Shown piece after piece: positions 36,233 through 48,146 of a stretch of DNA of 64,000 nt (its first letter is position 1; every line of letters starts with the position of its first letter). The position numbers were made by a program, and so were the translations under genes. This DNA comes from Stegostoma tigrinum (Eukaryota). Location: positions 3,651,795 to 3,715,794 of the forward strand of contig NC_081400.1 of the NCBI RefSeq assembly GCF_030684315.1. The letters run 5' to 3'. The notes beneath the pieces are model-generated. The model did not search any database. It had not been told where the DNA came from and saw only the letters and a list, made by a program, of their open reading frames with translations.

Positions 36233-36538
36233 AGATCCAGGTGGAATTCTATCCAGGTGGGTTCAAGGAGGAGTCAGGATTTGCAATGGAACCCACAACC
36301 CTGTGGAAATCAGTCTGGAGCCCAGAAGACGCCCAGCAGATATTGAGGTCTTCCCTGTGCCTTCTCTAGCCTCTCACAAAAAATTTTGAGATCCGAGCTT
36401 GGAATAGCCATGGCTTAAATCTCAAAGCACACATTAAGGACCGACCAAGACTTTCTCCCCCGAGTTACAATGAACCCGCTTCACTTTTTTTTCTTCCCTG
36501 CAACTGCAGTCGCTTTTGCAAAATGCATGTGTAAATGA

Positions 36539-36544
36539 AATAAA
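36539..36544 (+). terminator. Polyadenylation signal of the IgSF gene
   Basis: AATAAA about 310 nt after the stop codon. Confidence 0.55.
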
Positions 36545-37483
36545 TTATTCTTGGGCAAGAAGGAAGCATCAGAGGTTCGTCCCTTATTTATAATTCCTTT
36601 GTGGGATGCGGGCATCGCAAGCTGGGTCAGTATTAATTGCCCTTCCCCAATAGGCCAGGAGGCTGTTAAGAACAATCCCCGTGGGCCTGGAGTCACATGT
36701 AGGCAGATTTCCATCCCGAAAGGACATTAGCAGGGCTTTTCAGACAACCAGTGAATTTTTTGTTGAGCCCAGAGATTTTTTTTTAAATTGAATTCACATC
36801 TGACACGGTGGGATTCCAGCCCTGGGTTGTACTCGACTCAAAACTTTAACTCTGATTCAAGCTTTTGTGCTCCTGAGATGCTGCTGGGCCTGCTGTGTTC
36901 ATCCAGCCTCACATTTTATTATCTTGGATTCTCCAGCATCTGCAGTTCCCACTATCGCCCAAGCCTTGCTGCCTGATTATCTGCCTTGATTAAAGTGGTA
37001 CAATGCCACCCTCTCCTGGCGGACAGTCACTACTGCAACAGGCCGAATGGGGAAAATAGCCTGAGGGATTTTTTTTTTAAGAGGGAGGACAGCGCCTCAC
37101 GGCTTCCATCAAAGAACAGCAGTATCCGCACAAAGGCTTGATTTCTATAAGTAAACTGGCAAAGGCTTTGATAAAGTTTGAGGTCATTTTGTATACTTCT
37201 AAAAAGAATTATAAACGTGTAATATATGGCAAAATTGTTTCGAAGATCTGTAAAAAGCTGAAAATAAAATGAGCATTTTTTAAAAAATAAGACCAGTGTT
37301 TCTGAATTCGGTGGGGGGTAAACTGTTGGAAGTGATTCTGAAGAATAGGATTTATTTGCTTTTGGAGAGGCAAGGACCGATTAAGGATAGTCAGCATGGT
37401 TATGTGCAAGGGAAATCATATCTCACAAACTTTAGCAAGTAAACAAGAAGATAGAGCAGTAGACATTGTTTATTTGGACTTTG

Positions 37484-38570
37484 AGAACAAGGTGTGAAGC
37501 TGGATGAACACAGCAGGCCAAGCAGCATCTTAGGAGCACAAAAGCTGACGTTTCGGGCCTAGACCCTTCATCAGAAAAGGGGAGGGGGAGAGGGTTCTGA
37601 AATAAAAAGGGAGAGAGGGGAGGTGGACTGAAGATGGATAGAGGAGAAGATAGGTGGAGAGGAGAGTATGGATGGGGAGCTAGGGAGGGGATAGGTCAGT
37701 CTGGGGAGGATGGACAAGTCAAGGGGGCGGGATGAGGTTAGTAGGTAGGAAATGGAGGTGTAGCTTGAGGGGAGAGGAGGGAATCGGTGAGAGGAACAAC
37801 AGGTTAGGGAGGCGGGGACAAGCTGGGCTGGTTTTGGGATGCAGTGGGGGGGGGGTAGATTTTGAAGCTGGTGAAATCCACATTGATACCATTTGGCTGC
37901 AGGGTTCCCAAGCGGAATATGAGTTGCTGTTCCTGCAACCTTCGGGTGGCATCATTGCGGCACTGCAGGAGGCCCAGGATGGACATGTTGTCTAAGGAAT
38001 GGGAGGGAGAGTTGAAATGGTTCGCGACTGGGAGGTGCAGTTGTTTACTGCAAACCGAGCGGAGGTGTTCTGCAAAGCAGTCCCCAAGCCTCCACTTGGT
38101 TTCCCCAATGTAGAGGAAGCCACACCGTGTACAGCGGATGCAGTATACCACATTGGCAGATGTGCAGGTGAACATCTGCTTGATGTGGAAAGTCATCTTG
38201 GGGCCTGGGATGGGGGTGAGGGAAGAGGTGTGGGGGCAAGTGTAGCACTTCCTGCGGTTGCAGGGGAAGGTGCCGGGTGTGGTGGGGTTGGAGGGGAATG
38301 TGGACCGGACAAGGGAGTTGCAGAGAGAGTGGTCTCTCCGGAAGGCAGACAAGGGTAGGGATGGGAAAATGTTTTTAGTGTTGGGGTCGGATTGTAGATG
38401 GTGGAAGTGTCGGAGGATGATGCATTGTATCTGGAGGTTGGTAGGGTGGTATGTGAGGACGAGGGGGATCCTCTTTGGGCGGTTGTGGCGGGGGCGGGGT
38501 GTGAGAGATGAGAGGCGGGAAATGCGGGAGACACAGTCGAGGGGGTTCTCGACCATTGCGGGGGGGAATC
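37484..38570 (-). mobile_element. Penelope-like element, 5'-truncated: GIY-YIG endonuclease plus terminal region with hammerhead core (37547-37574)
   Basis: ORF 38556-37804: RIPLVLTYHP..CNRRKCYTCPH..NVVYCIRCTRCGFLYIGET..FAEH..VANHFN..LGTLQPNGIN; direct repeat tggactttg at 37475-37483 and 38571-38579. Confidence 0.92.
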
Positions 38571-38934
38571 TGGACTTTGGTCAGGTTTTTGACAAGGTTC
38601 TAGTGTTAGACTAATTAGTAAAATTTCGACCACATGGGATTTGGTCGAGCTTGCCAATTGGATCCAAAATTGGCTTGATGGCAGGGGACAGAGGGTGGGA
38701 GTTGAGGCTTGTTTTTATTTGGGTTGGAGGCCTGTGACCGGCGATGTTCCACCAGGATCAGTATTGGGTCCACTTTTGTTTGTCATTTATATAACTGATG
38801 TAAGTAAGAATAGCGAAGGCATGGTTGGTAAGTTTGCAGATGACACCAAGATTGGTGGTATAGTGGACAGTGAAGAAGGTCATCCAAGATTGTAATTAAG
38901 TCAATGGGCTGAGGAGTGGTGGACAGAGTTTAGC

Positions 38935-39505
38935 CCATAAGACCATAAGACATAGGAGTGGAAGTAAGGCCATTCAGACCATCGAGTCCTCTCCACCATT
39001 TAATCATGGCCGATGGGCATTTCAACACCACTTCCCTGCACTCTCCCCATAGCCCTTAATTCCTTGCAAGATCAAGAACTTATCAATCTCTACCTTGAAG
39101 ACATTTAACGTCCCGGCCTCCACTGCACTCCGTGGCAATGAATTCCACAGGCCCACCCCTCTCTGGCTGAAGAAATGTCTCCTCATTTCCGTTTTAAATT
39201 TACCCCCTCTAATTTTAAGGCTGTGCCCATGGGTTCTAGTCTCCCCGCCTAACGGAAACAACCTCCCAGCGTCCACCCTTTCTCAGCCATACTTTATCTT
39301 GTAAGTTTCTATTAGATCTCCCCTCAACCTTCTAAACTCTAATGAGTACAATCCCAGGATCCTCAGCCGTTCATCGTACATTAGACCTACCATCCCAGGG
39401 GTCATCCGTGTGAATCTCTGCTGGACACGCTCCAGGGCCTGTACGTCCTTCCTGAGGTGTGGGGCCCAAAATTGGACACAGTATTTTAAATGGGGCCTAA
39501 CTAGA
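38935..39505 (-). mobile_element. Young CR1 3' fragment (same subfamily as 60150-60675)
   Basis: GRLFPLGGETRTHGHSLKIRGGKFKTEMRRHFFSQR..LWNSLP; cataagac tail repeats. Confidence 0.88.
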
Positions 39506-40394
39506 GTTTTAATTTGGAAAAATGTCAGATATTGTAGTTTGATAAAACAAACAAGGGCGAGATTTATACGATTAAAAATAAGGCCTTGGGTAGTGTTGTA
39601 GAACAGAGACCTCTGGGCTCAGGGATATAATTCGTTGACATTTGTGTCACATATAGACATGTTGATTAAGAAGGCTTTCAAGGGTTTTGAGTACAGGAGT
39701 TGGGGCATTATGTTGCGGTTGCTCAGGATGTTGGTGAGTCCTGGGGTTCTGAGGAAGGGTCACTGGACTTGAAACATTAACTCTGATTTCTTTTTTTAAT
39801 CATGGACACTGCCAGACCTGCTGAGCTTTTCCAGCAGCTTCTGTTTTTGCTGCTGTTGTTGGTGAGTCCTGTTCTGGAGTACAGTGTCTGCTTCTGGTCA
39901 CCATGTTATAAGAAAGATAGTATTAAGCTGGAAAGGGTTCAGAAGAGATTTACCAGGACGTTGCTGGGAATGGAGGGTTTGAGTTATAGCGAGATGCTAG
40001 ATAGGCTGAGATGCTTTTTCGCTGGAGTGGAGAAGGCTGACGGGTGACCTTATAGAGTTTTATAAAATCATGAGGGATATAGATAAGGTGAATGGCCGGT
40101 TCCCTTGGGCGGGGGATTTCAAGGCTACGGGGCATATATTTAAAGTGATGGTCGAAAGATTTTAAAAAGATGGAGAGACTTTTTTTAAACAGTTTTTTTT
40201 GTCGAGAATGGACTTCCAGAGAAAGTGGTTACAGTTATAGCGTTTAAAAGACAGATGGATAATTACATGAATAAGAAATGTTTGGAGGGATGTGGGACAA
40301 GTGCAGACAGGAGGGACTGGTTTAGTTTGGGATTATGGACGGCATGGTCTGGTTGGCCTGAATGTTCTGTTTCCATCGTAAATGACTATGATCA

Positions 40395-40740
40395 TCACTC
40401 TCACTCTGGGACACATTAACCTGCACGCACGCACACAAACATACTTTTACACATTTTCACACTGTTCCTCGTACACACAGTTCTCGGTCATACATTCCTT
40501 CACTCATAGATACACTTTCGTGCACACTCGCCCACTTTCTCATGCACACAACCATCTCTCTCATCTCACTCACACATACTTTGCCACACAGACACATCCT
40601 TTGTATACACACACTCTCGCTCTCTCCCTCACCAACTCACACTCATACTGTCTCCGGTTCTCTCTTCCACACTGTCTCTTACTCACACACTCTCATTCAG
40701 GGTCCCTCTTACACACTTCCACTGACACACAATCTCTCAG
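40395..40740. repeat. CA/CT low-complexity tract
   Basis: Degenerate cacact repeats. Confidence 0.75.
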
Positions 40741-40758
40741 ACCGACGACCTCAATTCG

Positions 40759-40857
40759 CCGCTGAGTGGCGCAGTGACTAACGTACATCCTCATCTTCGC
40801 CACTAGCTGGCGGTGTCGGGCCGAACTGCAGCTCGCCGTTTCGCCTGCTGGTGGCGC
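40759..40857 (+). promoter_or_regulatory. Three co-oriented CTCF-like motifs in a CpG-rich patch
   Basis: CCGCTGAGTGGCGC 40759, CCACTAGCTGGCGG 40800, CCTGCTGGTGGCGC 40844. Confidence 0.5.
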
Positions 40858-41038
40858 TGCAACAGCGCCTTTTCAGATGCTATTCCACTGGAATGGGCGT
40901 CACCCGCGTCAGTAAATTGTCTCAACCGTTGACACTTTTTTAAAAAAATTACATTTTTCTAACAAATCTTCTTTCACCTTATAAATAAAAGAAACGCTTG
41001 CAGGCCACACTTGTGAATTTCACTAAAAGAGTTAGCAG

Positions 41039-41108
41039 ATTTGCAATTTCATTTGCAAAGTCCAAGCACTGCGCAGCCAATGGCTCAGACGCTGGGAACT
41101 ATTTGCAT
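41039..41108 (+). promoter_or_regulatory. Octamer/CCAAT motif cluster (candidate enhancer)
   Basis: ATTTGCAA 41039 and 41051, CCAAT ~41077, perfect ATTTGCAT 41101-41108. Confidence 0.4.
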
Positions 41109-41744
41109 TGGTAATAGTGTAATTGTAATGGGATGTCAGCGCCAGACACATGCTCCCCTCACCTTCCTTGTCAGCCTTCCTCAGGCACTGTAGCCTCTAC
41201 ATCTTGACCCATCGAAGTGCAGCAATCACTTTGCAGAACACCTACGTTCTGCCCACAAAAATGAGCCTGAACTTCCTGTTAGCTGAGACTTCAACATTAG
41301 TGACTCAGGCCTGCTGCAGTGCTCCGGTGAAGCTTAACGCAAGCTGGAAGAATAGCACCTCATTTTCCACTCGGTTCACCCTGCAGCTTTCTGAGACTCG
41401 ATGTCAAGTTCAAAAGTTGCAGGTCTTGAGCACCTTCTCTTCGATCTTTACCCCAACACACCAAGATAACAAAGTGTGGTGCAGAATGAACACAGCAGGC
41501 CAAGCAGCATCTTAGAAGCAGATGCTGCTGGGCCTGCTGTGTTCATCCAGCTCCACACTTTGTTACCTCGGATTCTCCAGCATCTGCAGTTCCCATTATC
41601 GCACCCACGCACCCCGCCCCCCACACACTCACCAAGCCTTGTCATCACATGGGTTGCTACTACAAACAACCTATTGTCATCCACTAATGGACTCTATTAG
41701 CAGCTTATCGACTGTCCCAGCCTGCTCTTTACCAATCCCCTTAC

Positions 41745-42057
41745 TAGAATTAGAATTAGAATCCCTACAGTGTGGAAACAGGCCCTTTGGCCCAACAAGT
41801 CCACACCGAACCTCAGAACATCCCACCCAGACCCATCCCCCTAATCTACACCTCCCTAAAACACTATGGGCAATTTAGCATGGCCAATCCACCTAGCCTG
41901 CACATCTTTAGACTGTGGGAAGGAAACTGGGGCACCCAGAGGAAACCCACGCAGACACGGGGAGAATGTGCAAACTCCGCACAGACAGTCGCCCGATGCT
42001 GGAACCGAACCCGTGTCCCCAGTGCTGTGAGGCTGCAGTGCTAACCACTGAGCCACT
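41745..42057 (-). mobile_element. HE1-like tRNA-derived V-SINE
   Basis: A/B boxes (tggctcagtggttag, gggttcggttcc), core tgtgcggagtttgcacattctccccgtgtctgcgtgggtttcctc, CR1-like tail with (tagaat)n. Confidence 0.88.
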
Positions 42058-43094
42058 ATCTGCCCAATTGTTTCTCTCTCTCTCTCTCTGGGCTGCCTCT
42101 CCACCCACCATTTACTCCTCTCCCCTTTCCCTACCCAATCTCCAACATAAATACACCTACCCTTTCCGAGCTTCAATGAATTCTGAAAGGACACCGGACC
42201 CAAATTGTTAACACTCTCCATGGATGCTGCCAGACCCACCGAGTTTCTCCAGCTATTTCATTTTGTGTTTGAAATTGTAATGGCCAACAGATGTTTTGGG
42301 GCGCAGAAGGCAGTTTGCAGTGAGGCTGTACTGGGCTTAGCATGAGCTCACGGACCTTTTTGTGTCATATGTGCATGAACTGGCAAACTGAATTCAATGC
42401 AGATAATGCCAAACAGGTAGAGGGAAGTACAAAGTAAGGGAAGATCACAGAGTCATTTGGAAGGTGAGGGACATTGAAGCAAGAGTATAGAGATGAGCAG
42501 GTCAAATCAATTAGGTGTGAAGCATAAAAGCAGAGAGTCTATGTTGGGACTGTCTACATCACAATGGGTCAGTGCAGGCTTGGAGGGCTGAAGGGCCTGT
42601 TCCTGTGCTGTTTTTTTTTGCTCCTTGCCATTATTTAAGGCACAACATGAACACTGTAGGCAGTACTGGTGCCCTCGTTGCAAGAGAGGGAATTTACAAG
42701 GATGTTGCCAGGTCAGGAAAATGGGACTATAAGGAGAGTTTGCGGTACCGACTACAAAAGAAACAAAGAGACCATTCCTCAGGGTTACAAGTTTAATTCC
42801 ACACATCAGTACATTCTTCATTGCTGCTGAGAAAAGGAGACAGTTATCATTGGATGGCTTGCCATCCATTCAGATGACCGCTTTATCACCTTGACCAATC
42901 CTCATTGCCGAAACAAGCATCTGGGACCTGTTGCCCAATCAGAAAAATCACAGATGGGAGCACAGCTGACCAGTCATCATAGAAAACCCAAGTGACTTCC
43001 TGCATTGAGGTGAAGAAGTTTTGAAATACTCATAAGTTGATCCCACTCTATTTGAGTGAAGACCATCATTTTAAATTGATTGTCGGAGATCATT

Positions 43095-43560
43095 CCAAGT
43101 CAGGACAGTGAGTAGCTCGGAGGGGAACTTGCAGGGGGATGGTGTTCCCACAGATTTGCTGCCCTTGTCCTTCTAGACGGTAAAGGTCATGGGTTTGGAA
43201 GGTGTCGTCTAAGGATCCTTGATGAGTCGCTACAGCGCATCTTTTAGACAGTACACACAGCTGCGACCGAGTGTTGGTGGCACATGGCGTGGATGCGGAG
43301 GCAATCAAGCAGGGGCTGCTTCGTCCTTGGTCACATCGAGCTTCTCAGGTGTTGTTGGAGCTGCCCCCAACCAGAGCGAGTGGGGAGTATTCCATCCCAC
43401 TCCTGCCTTGTGCCTTGTCGATGGTGGGACAGGTTTCAGGAAGAGTCAGGAAGTGAGTCACTCGATGCTGGATTCCCAGCATCTGACCTGCTCTTGTAGC
43501 CCCTGTATTTACGTGAGCTGTCTATTCTGGTCGACAACTAGCCTCAGGATGTTGACAATT
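43095..43560 (-). mobile_element. L2-like LINE 3' fragment (opposite-strand relative at 61060-61560)
   Basis: Reverse of ggaatactccccact..gcagctccaacaacac..ttccaaaccc..tctagaaggacaagggcagca. Confidence 0.7.
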
Positions 43561-44369
43561 GGGCAGTGATACCACTGAAGAGATTATGGTTAGTTTCTCT
43601 CTTGTTGTAGATGTTGGGGGTGGGGGGGACTGTGTGGGACAGATGTTACTCCTCACCTGTCAGCACAAGCCTGGATCTTGTCCAGATCATGCTGCGTATG
43701 GATGCACTAACCTACAAATTAGTGGCAGGCCTGATTTTTAAACAGTGGCCCCCGCTAAATCTACACCCTCCCACGACCAGTAACATGCTGCTCATCTGAA
43801 CCCAGTCAAGACACCTCAAGATCTTATACATTTCCCTCAAGTTGCCTCCAACTCTGCTAAACTCAAGCAGCCACAGTCATACAGAGCAGAAACAGACCCT
43901 TCGGTCCAACCAGTCCATGTCAACTATTTTATCAAGCTAAACTAGTCCCACCTGCCTGCATTTGGCCCATATCCCTCCAAACCCTTCCTATTCACAAATC
44001 TTTTAAACATTGCAACCATACCCACATCCACTACTTCCTCTGACAGTTCATACGGCACACAAACCGTTCTCTATATTTCAAAAACGTTGCCCCTCATGTC
44101 CCTTTTAAAACTTTCTCCTCTGTTCTTAAAAATATGCCCCCCTAGTTTTGAACTTCTCCACCCTCACGATTTTATAAACTTCCCTCAGGTCATCCCTCAA
44201 CATCCTATGCTCCAGTGAAAATATGTCCTGGCCTATTTTTACATCCCAGATCCTCCATTCCTCCCAGAAACATCATGGAAAATCTTTTCTGGACCCTCTC
44301 CAGATTAATAATATCCTTCCAGTAACAGGGTGAAACCTCAGAGGATAGAAGCCCAGTTTATCGAATCTA

Positions 44370-44680
44370 GGGCGGCACAGTGGCTCAGTGATTAGCACTG
44401 CAGCCTCACAGCGCCAGGGACCCGGGTTCGATTCCAGCCTCGGGCAACTGTCTGTGTGGAGTTTGCACATTCTCCCCGTGTCTGTGTGGGTTTCTCCGCT
44501 TTCCTCCCACAGTCCAAAGATGTGCAGGCTAGGTGGATCGGCCATGCTAAATTGCCCGTAGCGTTCAGGGGTGTGTGGGTTATAGGGGGATGCGTTTGGG
44601 TGGGATGCTCCAAGTGACCGTGTGGACTTGTTGGGCCGAAGGGCCTGTTTCCACACTGTAGGGAATGGAATCTAATCTAA
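44370..44680 (+). mobile_element. HE1-like V-SINE
   Basis: ggcacagtggctcagtgattagcactgcagcctcacagcgccagggacccgggttcgattcc..gggccgaagggcctgtttccacactgtag, (aatct)n tail. Confidence 0.9.
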
Positions 44681-44974
44681 CCTCTCCTCATAAGACAACC
44701 TGCCTCTTCCAGGAGAACCTTCCCCAAACTGCCTTCAATACATTTACGTACTTTCTCAAATTAAAAGACCACTACTGTGCACAGTACCCCAGATGGGGTC
44801 TCACCAAAGCTCTGTATAACCTGAAGCATAACCTCATTACTTTTACATTGAATTCCCCTCACAATAAAACACAACATTTTATGAGCTTCCCTGATTATGT
44901 CCTGTACCTGTGTGCTAACATTCTGCATGTCATTCACTTGGAAACGCAGATCCTTTTTTTAAGATATAGACCCC

Positions 44975-45250
44975 CTAAATTGTCCACACTGAACCTCAGA
45001 GCATGCCACCCAGATCCATCCCCCTATAACCCACCCAACCCACACACCCCTGAACACTACGGGCAATTTAGCATGGCCGATCCACCCAGCCTGCACATCT
45101 TTGGACTGCGGGAGGAAACCGGAGCACCCGGAGGAAACCCACGCAGACACGGGGAGAATGTGCAAACTCTACACAGACGGTCGCCCGAGGGTGGAATCGA
45201 ACCCGGGTCCCTGGCGCTGTGAGGCTGCAGGGCTAACCACTGCGCTGCCC
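44975..45250 (-). mobile_element. HE1-like V-SINE, inverted relative to 44370-44680
   Basis: Reverse complement of the same consensus. Confidence 0.88.
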
Positions 45251-45509
45251 TTCTGCAGCTCGGAACTCTGCAACCTCTCATCATTTCAAGAAGTTTCTTT
45301 CTTTTGTGTGGGGGGGAAAAGAAAAACATGTCCCGCCCCCGCCATGACACTCCAATTACCACACTTTCACCCACTCGATGAACCTGTCTGCATTGCTTTT
45401 AGCTCCCTTGTGTAGTCAGCAAATACCTACCATGGGTCTAGACATTATAACAAGTTCAAAGGCTGTGACACACACCTCCTGCTCATGAGAAAGTGGACCA
45501 TTCACGTCT

Positions 45510-46125
45510 TAGAACATAGAACATAGAACATTACAGCACAGTACAGGCCCTTCGGCCCTCAATGTTGTGCCGACCTGTCATACCGATCTGAAGCCCATCT
45601 AACCTACACTATTCCATGTACGTCCATATGCTTATCCAATGACGACTTAAATGTACCTAAAGTTGGCGAATCTACTACCGTTGCAGGCAAAGCGTTCCAT
45701 TCCCTTACTACTCTCTGAGTAAAGAAACTACCTCTGACATCTGTCCTATATCTTTCACCCCTCAATTTAAAGCTATGCCTCCTCATGCTCGCCGTCACCA
45801 TCCTAGGAAAAAGGCTCTCCCTATCCACCCTATCTAACCCTCTGATTATTTTATATGTTTCAATTAAGTCACCTCTCAACCTTCTTCTCTCTAATGAAAA
45901 CAGCGTCAAGTCCCTCAGCCTTTCCTCGTAAGACCTTCCCTCCATACCAGGCAACATCCTAGTAAATCTCCTCTGCACCCTTTCCAAAGCTTCCACATCC
46001 TTCTTATAATGCAGTGACCAGAACTGTACACAATACTCCAAGTGCGGCCGCACCAGAGTTTTGTACAGCTGCAGCATAACCTCTTGGTTCCGGAACTCGA
46101 TCCCTCTATTAATAAAAGCTAACAC
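45510..46125 (-). mobile_element. Young CR1 3' fragment with open 173-aa ORF2 end
   Basis: LAFINRGIEFRNQEVMLQLYKTLVRPHLEYCVQFWS..RGDLIETYKII..; (tagaaca)n tail. Confidence 0.92.
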
Positions 46126-47874
46126 TTGGTTTCTGGGCCAGCCGATCCTTTATGTGCACTGGTATGTAAGCCTACAGTATCTAAGGAGGCATGGAGAGGC
46201 CAATTTTATTACAGAGGGTGGATCTCGTGTGGAATGAACTTCCAGAGGAAGTGGCAGATGTGGGTACAGTTACATTGAAGAGACACTCAGATGAGTATGT
46301 GAATAGGAAAGGTTTAGAGGGATATGGGCCAGGGGCAGGCAGCTGGGACTGGTTCAGTTTGGGATTATGTTCAGCATGGACCGAACGGTCTGTTTCAATG
46401 CTATGTGACACAGAATGGAGACAGATGCTGAACACTGTGTAATCATCTGCAAATTTTAAGGAGGGAGGATCATCGATGAAAGATCTGGAGGGAAAGAAAA
46501 CCTGCACACCTGTGACTGGACGCTCAGAGAATCCTGGAGGTAGAATAATTAAATCCGGATTGCATCTGATCCGGGGCTCGGGAAAGGTTCGATCATTACA
46601 ATCAGGGAGAGAGCAGTGGTACTGACACCAGACTCCTAACACAGGGTCCAGATGCATTCTAGGCTAGGAGCAAGTGTCACTCTGAACCTTCCCCAGTCTC
46701 GAAAGCTCCTGTTCGGCCTGCTCCCTTTCCAGCAAACACAGTCACAGATCACAGTGACTCACTGCATTAAAACTACAACTTCTCGTCCTCTGGTGGACAC
46801 CTGGATTCAATCTGTACTCTAACCAGCCTCTTCGACAGGGGGCTATCGATAGCAGTAGCCTCGCTCTGCTCTTGTGGGTGAGTATGAGAAGGCAGTCCAA
46901 GTGCTGAATAGAAGCGTTGCCTCTTCACAGTGTCATCCCAGTCATTCTATAATGCCTGGTTCGGTCAGCCCTCAATGTGTAGATTGGCACAATGCAGGGC
47001 TAAAGACCAAATACAACAGAGGGACTCTTGGTCAGGCAATCCATACAAACATCGCTTTCAAAAGCGAGCGAGTTTAGACGCTCAGGTAAAATCTTTAGAC
47101 ACACAGTTTAAACACATTAATGCCAAAGACATACAGAGGCAGCATTTGTGTGTTATTAAGTGGGAGCACCCCAGATAGAAAAGGTATATGGGTGCCTCTG
47201 TTCACACACACCAATGGGCACTCACCACGTGACATTACATGCCAAGCATACCATCCCTGTGTGGCACACCTTGCTGAGGGGAGCCTGGTAACGTTAAACA
47301 GGGCAGACAATGGTCTCAACGTGTTAGTGAGAAACTGGGCTTTAAAACCAGCTAAAGGTTGTGGCAGGAGAGGGAGCTATAAATGGCCAGGGAGTGGCAA
47401 ATGTGGAGGCCACTCAGCCCTTTAAACCCATGCCGGCCCTTCCATCACACCGTGCAGCCCACAGGCCCTCACCCAGGGCATGAAAGCGTTCCACTCTTGC
47501 CAACGTAGCTGCGTGACTAAGAGTGCGGGAGTGTAATCGGGTAGGAGGAGGGAGGGCAGCGCCAGTGGAGGGCAAGGTTCAGCGGAAGGAGGGACGGGGC
47601 TGCATGAGCTCGAGCAGACGGGGATCAGAACCAACCAATGGCAGTAGAGGAATGTCGGATGGGGTTGAGCTGGTGGATGCAAGGGGAGGGTGGTACGTGA
47701 TGGGAAGGGGGTAAGGGCAAGGTGGGTCAGAAGGGATCGCAAATGGGAGTCAGGTCTTCCCCCACCGTCCCCCGTTTCTTGCACGGGCGAGACTGGCATC
47801 TTGTTTGGACTCAACCGCCATTGCCCATCTGACGGCAGGGTGGGAGGGGCATGTGCAATGGGGTCGTGGGTGGG

Positions 47875-48146
47875 TCACTCCCGCTTCTGCTTGCATCGAT
47901 CGGGAACGTGACTCTGCAGAAACGGGGAGGAACGCGGGGCCCAGAGCAACAGCAGGACGAAGATCCCGATGACCAGGCAGTTCAGAACCACGGAGACCAG
48001 CACTACCCCCAGGGTGCCCCCCAGGGACGGCAGGGGTGTGTGAGCGAGCAGCCAGGCATGACGGCACGACATATCCAGGACAATAGCCTCCAGCTGGAAG
48101 TGGGTACCCATGATGGCACAGATGTGGAACAGCTGGTGGCTGTGAC
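47875..48146 (-). CDS. PAQR6: PAQR6 coding exon 7
   Basis: GHSHQLFHICAIMGTHFQLEAIVLDM..KQKRE*. Confidence 0.92.

Larger units (their letters stand above)
37350..40390 (+). mobile_element. CR1 LINE host carrying three nested insertions
   Basis: ELANWIQNWLDGRGQRV, GSVLGPLLFVIYI, KFADDTKIGG, LERVQKRFTR; inserts at 37484-38570, ~38935-39505 and 39744-39856. Confidence 0.85.

Noticed and set aside
44370-44445. tRNA gene-like sequence
   Set aside because: It is the tRNA-derived head of an HE1-like SINE, followed by the SINE core and CR1-like tail.
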